Shown here piece by piece: positions 19,936-29,660 of a stretch of DNA of 64,000 nt. The stretch comes from Candidatus Bathyarchaeia archaeon. GTDB lineage: Archaea; Thermoproteota; Bathyarchaeia; 40CM-2-53-6. The position numbers were made by a program, and so were the translations under genes. The notes beneath the pieces were generated by a model. That model saw only the letters and a program-made list of their open reading frames with translations. It ran no database searches and had not been told where the DNA came from. The stretch spans positions 672,001 through 736,000 of the forward strand of contig JBEKFP010000002.1 of assembly GCA_050013255.1 (NCBI GenBank), read 5' to 3'. Each line of letters opens with the position of its first letter. Positions within the stretch are counted from its first letter, which is position 1.

Positions 19936-20265
19936 GTGGACACTAACGGCCTAGCGACCCTACTCATGACCCAGATCGGGTTTGGCGGAACCTTAGGATT
20001 CCTCTTAGGCTACGGCCTGAAGAAAGTCGCCACGATCATTCTCAAAATCCTAGCCTTAGTTTCAGGCCTCTTTATGCTAGCCCTGACCTGGCTAGCCTCC
20101 ATCGGGGTCATATCAGTCAACTTCAACGCGTTCTCTAGCGCCGTCGGTAGTGGTTTCGCTGGCGTTATAGCCGGCCTTGTCAGCTCCCTTGCATTCGTAG
20201 GCCAAATCTTGCCCATTGGAGGAAGCTTCAGCTTAGGCTTCTACTTAGGGGCGAAGAAAGGCTAA
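19936..20265 (+). CDS. FUN14-family small membrane protein
   Basis: QIGFGGTLGFLLGYGLKK...GFYLG; GTG start near 19927/19936. Confidence 0.85.
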   Translation: MDTNGLATLLMTQIGFGGTLGFLLGYGLKKVATIILKILALVSGLFMLALTWLASIGVISVNFNAFSSAVGSGFAGVIAGLVSSLAFVGQILPIGGSFSLGFYLGAKKG

Positions 20266-20414
20266 CGCGATTCAACAGCTTGACCCAGTCAGATTCACCC
20301 TTGCCCTCAGCCGACGTTCGGCAAGGCGAACACAGTTCCTCGACATGGCCCGGGCCTGTAGACCGCTTCGTATGAGGGGATCGAGGCGTAAAATGAGGCG
20401 AGGGTTGCCTTCGT

Positions 20415-20457
20415 TTGGCACCGTTTGGCACCACCCTCTCGAGAGGTGGATCCACCC
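20415..20457. repeat. Dispersed ~42-bp repeat, copy 1
   Basis: TTGGCACCGTTTGGCACCACCC-tctcgaga-GGTGGATCCACCC; second copy at 58280-58321. Confidence 0.75.
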
Positions 20458-20619
20458 TCTTAATTGCGAACGGTAGTGGTAATGCTACGCTGGACGAGTT
20501 TACTCATGAAACCACTTAGGGGTGGAACGCCGACTAGGGCAAACAGTGAAATCGTAAGCGTGAAAGCTGTGATCGGCATGCCCCCTACGCTCACCTACAA
20601 GTGAGGTGGCGTCTCACCG

Positions 20620-21084
20620 TTGAAAAGAGCCGTAATCGCAGTCGCGGTAATTATTATCATCCTAGCCGTCCCTGTCGGATATTTTGTTTTCCAACAGTGG
20701 ACTTCCAATAGAATAAGCATTGACGGGGTCGTCCTCAATGTTGATTTAGCGACAACTCCGGCTGAGCAGCAGCAGGGACTGTCGGGACGAGATTCGATGG
20801 CTGCAGATCACGGGATGCTCTTCGTATTTCAAAGCGAGGGTTACTGGAGCTTCTGGATGTTCGAAATGAAGTTTCCGTTGGACATGATCTGGTTCAATTC
20901 CAGTAGGCAGGCCGTTTTCTTTGAGCAGAACTTGCCGCCATGCGGCCCAACCTTCTGCCAAGTCTTCACACCGCCAGTAAAGGCAATGTACGTCCTAGAG
21001 GTCAACGCTGGCTTCATCGCAGCCCACCAGATATCTCTGGACGACAAGTTCACCTTCGTCATGTTCGCTTTCCCAATGGCGTGA
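20620..21084 (+). CDS. DUF192-family protein
   Basis: QQGLSGR, GMLFVF, FWM..MKFPLDMIW, YVLEVNAG. Confidence 0.93.
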   Translation: MKRAVIAVAVIIIILAVPVGYFVFQQWTSNRISIDGVVLNVDLATTPAEQQQGLSGRDSMAADHGMLFVFQSEGYWSFWMFEMKFPLDMIWFNSSRQAVFFEQNLPPCGPTFCQVFTPPVKAMYVLEVNAGFIAAHQISLDDKFTFVMFAFPMA

Positions 21085-21291
21085 GCTCCCGCCTATAGGA
21101 TGATTCAATCAACAACTTCGTATGGCCATGGCCATTCTTTCACGTGAGGATTTTCTTCACCAATTCAAACTATTGACGCTAGATCCCTTAGCTTCATTGG
21201 CACAACAGGGGAACACCGTCTCCGTACACCTTGACACTCGATTGGTTTTTAGGATGTGAAACCCAGAAGCGATAGCAACGAAAAAAGCGTT

Positions 21292-22185
21292 TCAAACATG
21301 GCGGCCTAGTGGTTTTAGGGTTGTGTAGACGCCGGCCAAGATCAATACCGCGCCAATGCCAACATTCGGATCGGGAACTTCTTGCAGCACGACCCAACCG
21401 AGCAGCAATGCAACTATGGGGTTTAGAAAAGTAACCATGGAAGTGTTAGTGGCACTAGCTCTTTTCAGAAGCCAGTATAATCCGATGAATCCGAATGCGG
21501 AACCCACTACGCCCAAGTAGAGGACGGCCACGATTGCGGCGGGCGTGAAGTTGAGCGAGGCTGTGGATTCGGTGACTAAGCCAAAGGACAGGAGAGCAGC
21601 TGCGCCTATGGAATGTTGAACCAGAACATTGGCAACAGGATCAACTCCTTCCGCGTGCTTCTTGGCTACGACATTGGCCAGCCCGCCGGAAGCAGCGCTT
21701 CCAACGATCGCTAAGCTTCCAAGAACAGAGTATTGAGCTGCAAGGTTTTGGAATGCCGTAAGATCCTTCCAGAAAATTGCTATCAAGCCACAGAATGACA
21801 GGATTATGCCCCCGACCTTGATTCCAGTAAGTTTCTCCTCGGTGAACATGTGTGCGAAGATTGCAACGAAGAAAGGCAAGGTAGCGAATAAAACGGCTGA
21901 CAAGCCGGATGAAACATATTCTTCGCCCCAAAAGACTAGGCCGTAGGGCAAGGTGATTTGGAAAATGCCTAGAAATAGCATCAAAATCCAAGAAGCACGA
22001 TCTCGAGGCATACGAGCGTGAAGCAATTTCGCCAAGAGGATGAGGCTAGTGGTGGCCGTTGCGAAGCGGAGGCCCGCAAAGAGGAATGATGGCAGGAATT
22101 CTAAACCAATCTTTATTCCAAGCCACGTGCTGCCCCAAATTACACAGAGTGCGCCGAAGACTAGACCTGGGGCTTTCGACTGCAA
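21292..22185 (-). CDS. EamA/DMT-family transporter
   Basis: IWGSTW, LRF, two EamA repeats, about 10 TM. Confidence 0.93.
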   Translation of the reverse strand: MQSKAPGLVFGALCVIWGSTWLGIKIGLEFLPSFLFAGLRFATATTSLILLAKLLHARMPRDRASWILMLFLGIFQITLPYGLVFWGEEYVSSGLSAVLFATLPFFVAIFAHMFTEEKLTGIKVGGIILSFCGLIAIFWKDLTAFQNLAAQYSVLGSLAIVGSAASGGLANVVAKKHAEGVDPVANVLVQHSIGAAALLSFGLVTESTASLNFTPAAIVAVLYLGVVGSAFGFIGLYWLLKRASATNTSMVTFLNPIVALLLGWVVLQEVPDPNVGIGAVLILAGVYTTLKPLGRHV

Positions 22186-22246
22186 ATGCCTCGCGTTCCC
22201 TGCGTGGATTGAATGGGGAGACTCTATTCGGGATTACGATGAGTTT

Positions 22247-23395
22247 TCAGTCGAACCAGGCTTTCATGCGGTCCTCCAGGAAATTGTGTTTCTGCTTGTA
22301 CCCATCCTCACTCGGGGGTTCGAATTCCCATTTCGGATTAGGCTGCGCATAGAAATTCGCGCGAACCGGTGCGGCTCTTCCACCTCCGACTTCCATGAAA
22401 CAAACTCCCTGGCCATCGAAGGCAGCTGTTTTCTCAGCGCCTTGGATTTCGTTAATGATGTTCTGCGCCACAACCTTTCCTTGCTCTTCTGCTAAGACGC
22501 CTGCCCTAGGAAGCATGGCCCCTTTTGGTGTCTTGGGGGCCGCGCAGTCGCCGACCGCGTAAACGTTCGGAATCTCCGTCGCTAACGTAGCTGAATTTAC
22601 AGAAACCCATCCAGACTCAGCCAAAAGTCCAGAATCCTTCAGCACTGATGGCGCCACGTGTATGGGGATCGCGAAAATCGCATCGTGTGGGATCTCATTT
22701 CCTTCTTCGGTTAGGACACTCTTTTGTCGAATCTCTTTCACCTTTTGCGAGGGATAATAGGCGATTTCTCGACCTGCCAGGAGCGTCGTTACCCTCTTCC
22801 CGGCTTCAGAGCCAAGAATGCCGAGTGGGTGAGACTCAGGCGTTACAATTTGCATTTTCACTTTGTCCCTGACCCCGTTTTTTCTTAGGACATCGTCTAT
22901 GATCATTGATGCCTCGTAAGGTGCTGGGGGGCACTTGAATGGCAACCCGCAAACAAGGACAGTCAGCGTCCCTCCTCTCAGCGACGAGAGCATGTCCCTA
23001 ATCTCCGCGCAACCGCTCTCCGTATACAAGTTCGTTGCATACCTAGTGAAGCCCTTTGGCGAGCCGAGCGAATAGTCTGCACCCAATGCGATAATCAGAT
23101 AGTCATAGGGGAACGTTTTGGCTCCAACTCGAACCTCAAGTTTTGCAATGTCAATTGCGGTCACTTCACCCTCAACGAAATTGACCCCGCGCTTCGCCAA
23201 GAGAGTCCTATTGCCGGGATTCTGGCCCACCTGCCTTCTGCCGTTAACTATCCAGAGTTTTGTAAGGCCCATGAAAAAGAGCGCTTGCTTGTCAACCAAG
23301 GTCACTGTGTGCTCGGGGCTGAGGCCTTTTCGGAGTGTGTCAGCTGCGGCTAGGCCGCCAAAACCGCCGCCGAGGATTAGGATACGTTTGCCCAC
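22247..23395 (-). CDS. Sulfide:quinone oxidoreductase-like FAD oxidoreductase
   Basis: ILGGGFGG, YDYLIIALG, CPPAPYE, VYAVGD, CFMEVG; GTG start 23395. Confidence 0.85.
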   Translation of the reverse strand: MGKRILILGGGFGGLAAADTLRKGLSPEHTVTLVDKQALFFMGLTKLWIVNGRRQVGQNPGNRTLLAKRGVNFVEGEVTAIDIAKLEVRVGAKTFPYDYLIIALGADYSLGSPKGFTRYATNLYTESGCAEIRDMLSSLRGGTLTVLVCGLPFKCPPAPYEASMIIDDVLRKNGVRDKVKMQIVTPESHPLGILGSEAGKRVTTLLAGREIAYYPSQKVKEIRQKSVLTEEGNEIPHDAIFAIPIHVAPSVLKDSGLLAESGWVSVNSATLATEIPNVYAVGDCAAPKTPKGAMLPRAGVLAEEQGKVVAQNIINEIQGAEKTAAFDGQGVCFMEVGGGRAAPVRANFYAQPNPKWEFEPPSEDGYKQKHNFLEDRMKAWFD

Positions 23396-23478
23396 TCGAA
23401 TTCCACGCCGTATGTAACAAGTAAAGCCTTTAGAAATCTTACTCAAACCGAAGAGAGGAGTTTCGGTTGCCAGGGCCC

Positions 23479-23673
23479 CTATCTAATATCGACAACTACG
23501 ACTGAAACCCGTTTCCCGCATCCCCGTTTCCCGATTTTCTGGCAGAAGATGAAGTTCTCTAGGACTTGCCCTACGTTTGTTATGACCGACGTGTCGAAGG
23601 CGTCATACTTGCTGTCGAACTTCGCTTTGCACTCCATACACCTTAGTTTTACGTGCGTTGTCTGTTGACTCAT
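23479..23673 (-). CDS. Small Cys-rich (putative Zn-binding) protein
   Basis: CMEC...CQKIGKRGC. Confidence 0.6.
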   Translation of the reverse strand: MSQQTTHVKLRCMECKAKFDSKYDAFDTSVITNVGQVLENFIFCQKIGKRGCGKRVSVVVVDIR

Positions 23674-23770
23674 TATCTATACTTCACAATTGAAAGCGAG
23701 AATTCAGTCTTCTCCAATTGAAACCTTTCGGTCGATTCTCCCCCTAAATCGGCCAGCGAGGCTTGGCAAC

Positions 23771-24904
23771 CTAGGAGGACAGCTTGGGGAGGCTGTCCAG
23801 TGTTGAAAGCACGTCTCCGACGCGTCCCAAGCCTGAAAGCAAACGCTCCCGCTCACAGCCGTAGCCTATTCGCAAATAATGGTCCATTCCGAACTGGTCA
23901 CCTGGCACTACTAAAGTGCTCTTCTCCCGCAAAAGTCGCTCCGCGAGCCGGGTCGAGTTAATTCTAAGAAAATACTTCATGTACGCGATAGCTCCGGCCT
24001 TGGGCGGAATGAATGATAAGTAATCGTGATGTTTGTCGACCCAACTTGCTAAAATTGGTAGATTCGAGCGGAGTATCTCCCTCGTTCGCCCTAGGATCTT
24101 TGCTCGCGTTTCGGGTTGCATGACCTTCCTTGCGATGTAATCGCTCAAAGCGCTCGGACCGATGGTTGTATAGTCATGGTAAGACCAGAGTTCAGTTGCC
24201 AATTCTTTACCCGTCAATGCCCAGCCAACCCTGAGTCCTGGTAGGCCGTAGGCCTTCGACAACCCGTTAGTTACAATGACCTTATCGTACTTGCCCCAGA
24301 ATGTTGGAGTCTCCAACCCAGATAGTTCAGCGCCATGATACACCTCGTCGGAGAGAATCCACGCACCCGCCTGCTTCGCGATCTCGCAAATACCTTCAAC
24401 CGCCTCCTCATCGAGAACCGCGCCAGTCGGGTTGTTCGGGTTGCAGACGGCGATGAGTTTTGTCCTCTTCGTCACGATTTTTCTTAGCGCTCTTAGATTG
24501 ACTGCCCATTGACTTGCTTCTTCCCTGAGCCAAAACGGCTTGACCTTGGCTTGCATTGTTTTGGCCAAGCCCCAGACTTGCATGTAGTTTGGAAGCATCA
24601 CAACGATTTCAGCCCCTCGCTTCAGGAAAGACCAGAGGGTAACGAAGATCGCCTCAGAGCTACCATTCGTCACCAACAAGTCATCGGCCGACGCTTTCGA
24701 GTATGTGGCCGCGATTCTCTTTCTTAGTTCCTCCGTTCCATTCGTTTGACTGTACCCTAAAGGTTGTTTGAGCATATCGGACGTGTCGCCGTCCAGCAGT
24801 TCGACCAGCTTTAGCGGATGGACGCCGCTTTCCGAGAGATTGTATTCGACTTGGTTTTCCCATGTAGATTGCCAACGCTCCATTTCAAAGGGCTGAAGCT
24901 TCAT
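23771..24904 (-). CDS. PLP-dependent aminotransferase class I/II
   Basis: FEMERW, NLSESG, NPNNPTG, DEVY, SKAYGLPGLRVGW; ATG 24904. Confidence 0.93.
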   Translation of the reverse strand: MKLQPFEMERWQSTWENQVEYNLSESGVHPLKLVELLDGDTSDMLKQPLGYSQTNGTEELRKRIAATYSKASADDLLVTNGSSEAIFVTLWSFLKRGAEIVVMLPNYMQVWGLAKTMQAKVKPFWLREEASQWAVNLRALRKIVTKRTKLIAVCNPNNPTGAVLDEEAVEGICEIAKQAGAWILSDEVYHGAELSGLETPTFWGKYDKVIVTNGLSKAYGLPGLRVGWALTGKELATELWSYHDYTTIGPSALSDYIARKVMQPETRAKILGRTREILRSNLPILASWVDKHHDYLSFIPPKAGAIAYMKYFLRINSTRLAERLLREKSTLVVPGDQFGMDHYLRIGYGCERERLLSGLGRVGDVLSTLDSLPKLSS

Positions 24905-24973
24905 AACCTTCAACGAAACTAGATGACCCGCAGTGCGTGATAACAACTTTTCCAGATGGGTCGGACCAGGTAG

Positions 24974-25636
24974 ATGAAGGAAGGCTCGCCGATATCAGCG
25001 TCCCTTGAACACGTCGTGTACTATCCTCCAAGGAAGGCCGAGAAGTATGCGACTGTTGTCGCATTGCATGGCCGAGGAACTGACGAGAATGATTTGATAC
25101 CTCTTGTGCATTCGCTAGGTTTGACTGACGCTCTTCTAATTTCCCCACGTGCACCAGCGCCCTTCGAATTTGGTGGAGGCTTCGCCTGGTACGACGTAGG
25201 CCAGGAAGGAGTGCCTAACGCGCAGAGCTTTGGTGCGAGCCTTGACCTTTTGCGTCGGTTCATGGATGAGATTAGGGCAGGTTACCCTGTCGACCGTCAG
25301 CGCGTCATCCTGCTAGGTTTCAGTCAGGGGACTGTGATGGCGTATTCGGTAGCCTTGTTGGACCCAGCTTCGTTTCTCGGGATCGCAGCCTTAAGCGGTT
25401 ACATCCCACAAGAGTCAGGCTTACCCCTCGCCGTTGAAGATCTTAGACGGTTTTCCGTTTTTGTCTCCCACGGAGTTTACGATCAAATCATACCAGTTCG
25501 TCTAGCGCGTGAATCCGCGGAGCTACTGAAAAAGGCCGGAGCACGCGTAGAGTATCGAGAATATCCTATGGGGCATGAGGTTAGCGAGAAAACAGTTCGA
25601 GACTTATCCGCTTGGATCAAAAATCTGCTGAAGTGA
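24974..25636 (+). CDS. Phospholipase/carboxylesterase (alpha/beta hydrolase)
   Basis: LHGRG, GFSQG, HG..D, MGHE catalytic triad. Confidence 0.93.
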   Translation: MKEGSPISASLEHVVYYPPRKAEKYATVVALHGRGTDENDLIPLVHSLGLTDALLISPRAPAPFEFGGGFAWYDVGQEGVPNAQSFGASLDLLRRFMDEIRAGYPVDRQRVILLGFSQGTVMAYSVALLDPASFLGIAALSGYIPQESGLPLAVEDLRRFSVFVSHGVYDQIIPVRLARESAELLKKAGARVEYREYPMGHEVSEKTVRDLSAWIKNLLK

Positions 25637-25701
25637 CCTAGGTTCCTAAGCTTTGTGGCATAAAGGACGAAGTTTTATTCAACTTGAGAAGTCAATGACT
25701 A

Positions 25702-26331
25702 GTGAGAGGAGTAGTGTTGGGTAGTAGGTCGCCGCGACCTAGGGAGGTAGCGCTTACCGCCGTTATGACCGCGGCGACGGCTGCAGTAACTATGGTACTC
25801 AGCATACCATTCCCACCCACACGAGGCTACTTCAACTTGGGTGATGCAATGGTCATGCTCGCAGGCTTGCTATTTGGGGCAAGGCTCGGGGGCATTGCAG
25901 GTGGCGTTGGATCGGCAATCTCTGACATTCTCTTAGGCTATGCGTACTTCTCACCGTTGACCCTTTTCATCAAAGGAACTGAAGGTTTCCTCACAGGCCT
26001 GATAGGGAACAATCGGAGATTCCCTTTCAAAGTGGCAGGGGTCGCGGCGGGCGCTGTGGCGATGCTGGTCGGCTATTTTTCCGTTGAAACCCCCCTGTAC
26101 GGGATTGGCGCGGCTTTTGCGGAACTTGCCACGATAAATTCTATTCAAGTCTTGTCTGGGGCTGTTGTTTCACTGCTGTTATGCCAGGCGATTCTGAAGG
26201 CTTATCCTGACATCAAGTTTCTCCAACCGAGACATGAAGGCATCCGATTGGGTGTCATAATGGTCGTTGTTGCTTCACTAGTTCTAGCTGTGATTGTTGG
26301 CCTCTATCTAATGACGGGTATTTCGCCTTGA
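25702..26331 (+). CDS. ECF transporter S component
   Basis: GYFNLGD, GSAISDILLGY, TLFIKG. Confidence 0.9.
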   Translation: MRGVVLGSRSPRPREVALTAVMTAATAAVTMVLSIPFPPTRGYFNLGDAMVMLAGLLFGARLGGIAGGVGSAISDILLGYAYFSPLTLFIKGTEGFLTGLIGNNRRFPFKVAGVAAGAVAMLVGYFSVETPLYGIGAAFAELATINSIQVLSGAVVSLLLCQAILKAYPDIKFLQPRHEGIRLGVIMVVVASLVLAVIVGLYLMTGISP

Positions 26332-26355
26332 AACAGAGGCTGATAATCCCAACAG

Positions 26356-26595
26356 TCAGGAGAGCCTAATCCATTTCGACTTTTTGTCTTCATCCGTCCT
26401 AACCACCTTGGGTCGTTTCCCTAAATAGAAGCCAACCAAGAGGGCGGCGAGAATGTCGATGAATGAAGGGTGTACGAAATTGTGGCTTGCCAGTCTCCAC
26501 GCCAGGTCCATTAATATTCCCAGAATTGCAAGAATTTGGGTAACCCGAATCTTGGGGAAGACTGAGGAAAAAGCTTCAACGAATTCGTAAGCCAA
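26356..26595 (-). CDS. Small hypothetical membrane protein
   Basis: Two hydrophobic segments and a basic tail. Confidence 0.5.
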   Translation of the reverse strand: MAYEFVEAFSSVFPKIRVTQILAILGILMDLAWRLASHNFVHPSFIDILAALLVGFYLGKRPKVVRTDEDKKSKWIRLS

Positions 26596-26642
26596 AGTGA
26601 ATCTTCTCCTCCTAGAACTAACCGAAGGGATTTCTTAAGAAT

Positions 26643-26879
26643 TCATGACTGCCTTTCTAAGCTTACTGGACCTCTGCCAAAGTAATTGTATAACCAAATG
26701 GGCAAGACAGTAAGATCCAACACGAGCATTAAGACCTCCATGACGACGCCCACTTCAGCCTGCTGAGGTGCTGGGTACACGGAGTATATGTGGGTAGGAG
26801 TGAGGAGGAGGATAGCACCGTAGAGGCCCATCGCCTTCCCGAGGACTATTGGCGCAAGTTGCCGCGCTCTTTTCGTCAA
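26643..26879 (-). CDS. Short membrane protein resembling the C-terminal part of CtaG/DUF1404 oxidase assembly factors
   Basis: GAILLL....IY..YP..QQ...G.VM; divergent from the cox operon. Confidence 0.5.
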   Translation of the reverse strand: MTKRARQLAPIVLGKAMGLYGAILLLTPTHIYSVYPAPQQAEVGVVMEVLMLVLDLTVLPIWLYNYFGRGPVSLERQS

Positions 26880-26994
26880 CCCTCTTTCGACGCTCCTCGT
26901 TTCTAAGCAGGAGTTTCATTAGCAAACGCGCAACATTCAAACCTAAATATCAGTGCAAGAGATTTGCACTACTCAAAATCCGTGGTAGTCTGTA

Positions 26995-27228
26995 GTGCAA
27001 TCATGCGCGCTGCGTTTCGCACCCAAATTGTCCGCTTTGGTTGGACTGTGTCTCTTCTTCTTCTCGATACCATTCGCTTTCGCTCAGTCCTCGCAAGTTG
27101 AGATGGAATGGGCGCTGTTTAACCAGATTCTGATAATAGGAATAATTGTAGGCGTAGTAGTGTTTGGCCTTCTGTTTTACGCCATTATCAGGTTCAGAGA
27201 GAAAACGCGTGAGGCTGGTGCGAAGTGA
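26995..27228 (+). CDS. Cytochrome c oxidase subunit II, N-terminal piece (signal + TM helix 1)
   Basis: LFNQILIIGIIVGVVVFGLLFYAIIRFR matches CoxII TM1; stop overlaps next start (GTGATG). Confidence 0.75.
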   Translation: MQSCALRFAPKLSALVGLCLFFFSIPFAFAQSSQVEMEWALFNQILIIGIIVGVVVFGLLFYAIIRFREKTREAGAK

Positions 27229-27704
27229 TGGTTTCGAAAACACATGCCATAGAAATTCTCTCAATCATTGTCACTTCTGCGGTCTTAGCCTACATAGGTG
27301 TGGTCGCCGGTATTTCGCTGATGGCAGTGGACACTCCACCCCAACAGGAAGAGGCACTCCATGTGAAGGTTATCGCGCGCCAGTTCTATTGGACGTTTCA
27401 ATATGCGCCCGGTAGCTCGATCACATTCCCCAACGGAACAACCATTGAATACCCCAATGGAACCTCCATACAGAACACACTCTATGTTAAGGCTGGACAA
27501 GTAGTAGACTTAGAGGTAGTTTCCGGCGATGTTGCGCACAGCTTCTTCATCCCCCAGTTGGGAGTCCACATTGATGCCATCCCAGGGCACGATAACCATT
27601 ACTGGCTGAGAGCAGACAGCCCTGGGCAGTACCTTATTGAATGTACCCAGTTCTGTGGCACAGGACACTACACAATGATAGGCCAACTAGTCGCAGTCGC
27701 ATAG
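27225..27704 (+). CDS. coxB: Cytochrome c oxidase subunit II, C-terminal piece (TM helix 2 + CuA domain)
   Basis: HAIEIL, ARQFYWTFQY, DVAHSF, CTQFCGTGHYTM CuA ligands. Confidence 0.92.
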   Translation: MMVSKTHAIEILSIIVTSAVLAYIGVVAGISLMAVDTPPQQEEALHVKVIARQFYWTFQYAPGSSITFPNGTTIEYPNGTSIQNTLYVKAGQVVDLEVVSGDVAHSFFIPQLGVHIDAIPGHDNHYWLRADSPGQYLIECTQFCGTGHYTMIGQLVAVA

Positions 27705-27720
27705 CGGAGTTTAATGAGCT

Positions 27721-29208
27721 TTGCAGGTCGCAGTTGAAGAGAAACCGAAACAAACACCAGCATTCTATTCAAGCTTGAAAGGAATCCTCACAACCACACA
27801 CCACACGGACATTGGGATTCTATACATTTGCACTTCATTCTTCTTCTTCCTCCTGGGCGGCGTCGCGGCGCTGCTTATCAGAACCCAACTGGCCGAACCA
27901 GGAAACGCGATTGTGACACCTGAGATATACGACAGCCTCTTCACAACCCACGGCACAACGATGATCTTCCTTTGGGTAATCCCCTGCCTCGTAGGGTTCG
28001 GAAACTACTTGGTGCCCAAACTAATCGGTGCTAAGGACATGTACTTCCCCAGATTGAACGCGCTTAGCTTCTGGCTGCTTCCCGTCGGCGGTGCTCTGAT
28101 CTGGGCTGGGTTGCCTGACGCCGGTTGGAGCGGTTATGCACCTCTGTCAGTTTATTCCCCTGGTTACGGGATTGACCTCTGGCTTCTGGGCCTCACCGTG
28201 CTAGGCGTCTCCTCAATCCTGGGCGCCGTAAATTTCATAGTCACAATCTACAGGCTCCGCGGCCCCGGCGTCATGTTCAGAAATATGTCGCTTTTCGTTT
28301 GGATGGTTCTGGTTAACTCCTTCTTGATTATTGGCGCGACCCCTGTCCTCTCAGCCGCGTTGGTTATGCTTCTTTTCGACCGAAACCTGGGGACAGGATT
28401 TTTCCTACCTAAATTAGGTGGTGATCCGCTTATGTGGCAACACATGTTCTGGTTCTTCGGCCACCCCGAAGTATACATAATGATAATTCCCGCATTCGGC
28501 CTCATATCCGAAATTATCCCAATAATGTGTCACAAGAAAATATTCGGCTATGGAATGATCGCCGGGTCCGGAATAATGATAGGTGTTTTCGGTTTCGGCG
28601 TGTGGGCTCACCACATGTTCACATCGGGATTATCGATAACTGCCAGATTCCCCTTCATGGCAATGACTCTCGCTATTGCCGTCCCGTCTGGAATCAAGGT
28701 GTTCAACTGGATCGGTACCATGCTGGGAGGACGTATCAGTCTCAAGGTGCCGATGAAATATGCAATAGCATTCATCTCTACTTTCTTCTTCGCCGGTGCC
28801 ACAGGCGTCTTTCAAGCAGCGATCCCTGTGGACTACTTACTTCATGACACCTACTGGGTTGTCGGCCACCTACACTTGATGCTCTTGGGCGCTTCAACTC
28901 AGGCCATTTTCGCTGCATTGTACTTCTACTTCCCCTACATGTCGGGGAGAATGTACAATGAGAGATGGGGAAACATTCAATTCGTCATAACGGAAGTCGG
29001 CATTTACATGCTCTTCTCAATGATGTTACTTCTCGGGTTGGAGGGAATGCCCCGGCGGTGGTACACCTACCCAATCCAATACGCAACGCCGAACCTTCTA
29101 GCTAGCGTGTCGGGTTTCCTTATAGGAATAGGCGTAATCATTATGGTGGCTAACCTGGTTTTCAGTTGGCTTCGCGGGCCACGAGTAACCGGTGATCCAT
29201 GGCCTTGA
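27721..29208 (+). CDS. coxA: Heme-copper oxidase subunit I, A1 type
   Basis: THGTTM, DM.FPRLN (D-channel), GHPEVY, WAHHMF, GIKVF (K-channel), GHLH, GMPRR. Confidence 0.97.
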   Translation: MQVAVEEKPKQTPAFYSSLKGILTTTHHTDIGILYICTSFFFFLLGGVAALLIRTQLAEPGNAIVTPEIYDSLFTTHGTTMIFLWVIPCLVGFGNYLVPKLIGAKDMYFPRLNALSFWLLPVGGALIWAGLPDAGWSGYAPLSVYSPGYGIDLWLLGLTVLGVSSILGAVNFIVTIYRLRGPGVMFRNMSLFVWMVLVNSFLIIGATPVLSAALVMLLFDRNLGTGFFLPKLGGDPLMWQHMFWFFGHPEVYIMIIPAFGLISEIIPIMCHKKIFGYGMIAGSGIMIGVFGFGVWAHHMFTSGLSITARFPFMAMTLAIAVPSGIKVFNWIGTMLGGRISLKVPMKYAIAFISTFFFAGATGVFQAAIPVDYLLHDTYWVVGHLHLMLLGASTQAIFAALYFYFPYMSGRMYNERWGNIQFVITEVGIYMLFSMMLLLGLEGMPRRWYTYPIQYATPNLLASVSGFLIGIGVIIMVANLVFSWLRGPRVTGDPWP

Positions 29209-29660
29209 GGCTCACACCCTTTCGCGGCTTATCGCTAGTAACAGCAGTCTCCGTGTACATCCTAATCGTAATCGGCGGAGTGGTATCTTCCACGGGTTCC
29301 GGACTAGCATGCCCCGATTGGCCCTTATGCAGAGGCCAAGTAGTTCCCACGCTGACGCTTAGCGTACTGATCGAGTTCACACATAGAGTTTGGACGATTG
29401 TCGTTACTATCTTAGTTGTAGCGACGCTGCTCTTTGCTTGGAGCAAGTACCGCTGGCCCAGCAAGCTGACAAAACTCTCGACATTAACTTTCGGCTTGCT
29501 GCTCTGCCAAATAATTCTCGGGATGATAACTGTAAACACGGGGACACTTCCGGCAGCTGTCACGGCGCACCTTGCTGTAGCGACGTTAGTGTTCGCTAGC
29601 GCGTTGACAACAACTGTCACCGCCACGTTATCCGATTCCAGAGGGATGGTTGCTGCATGA
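29199..29660 (+). CDS. ctaA: Heme A synthase, short 4-TM (CtaA/COX15 half) form
   Basis: GLACPDWPLC, IEFTHR, AHL. Confidence 0.88.
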   Translation: MALRLTPFRGLSLVTAVSVYILIVIGGVVSSTGSGLACPDWPLCRGQVVPTLTLSVLIEFTHRVWTIVVTILVVATLLFAWSKYRWPSKLTKLSTLTFGLLLCQIILGMITVNTGTLPAAVTAHLAVATLVFASALTTTVTATLSDSRGMVAA

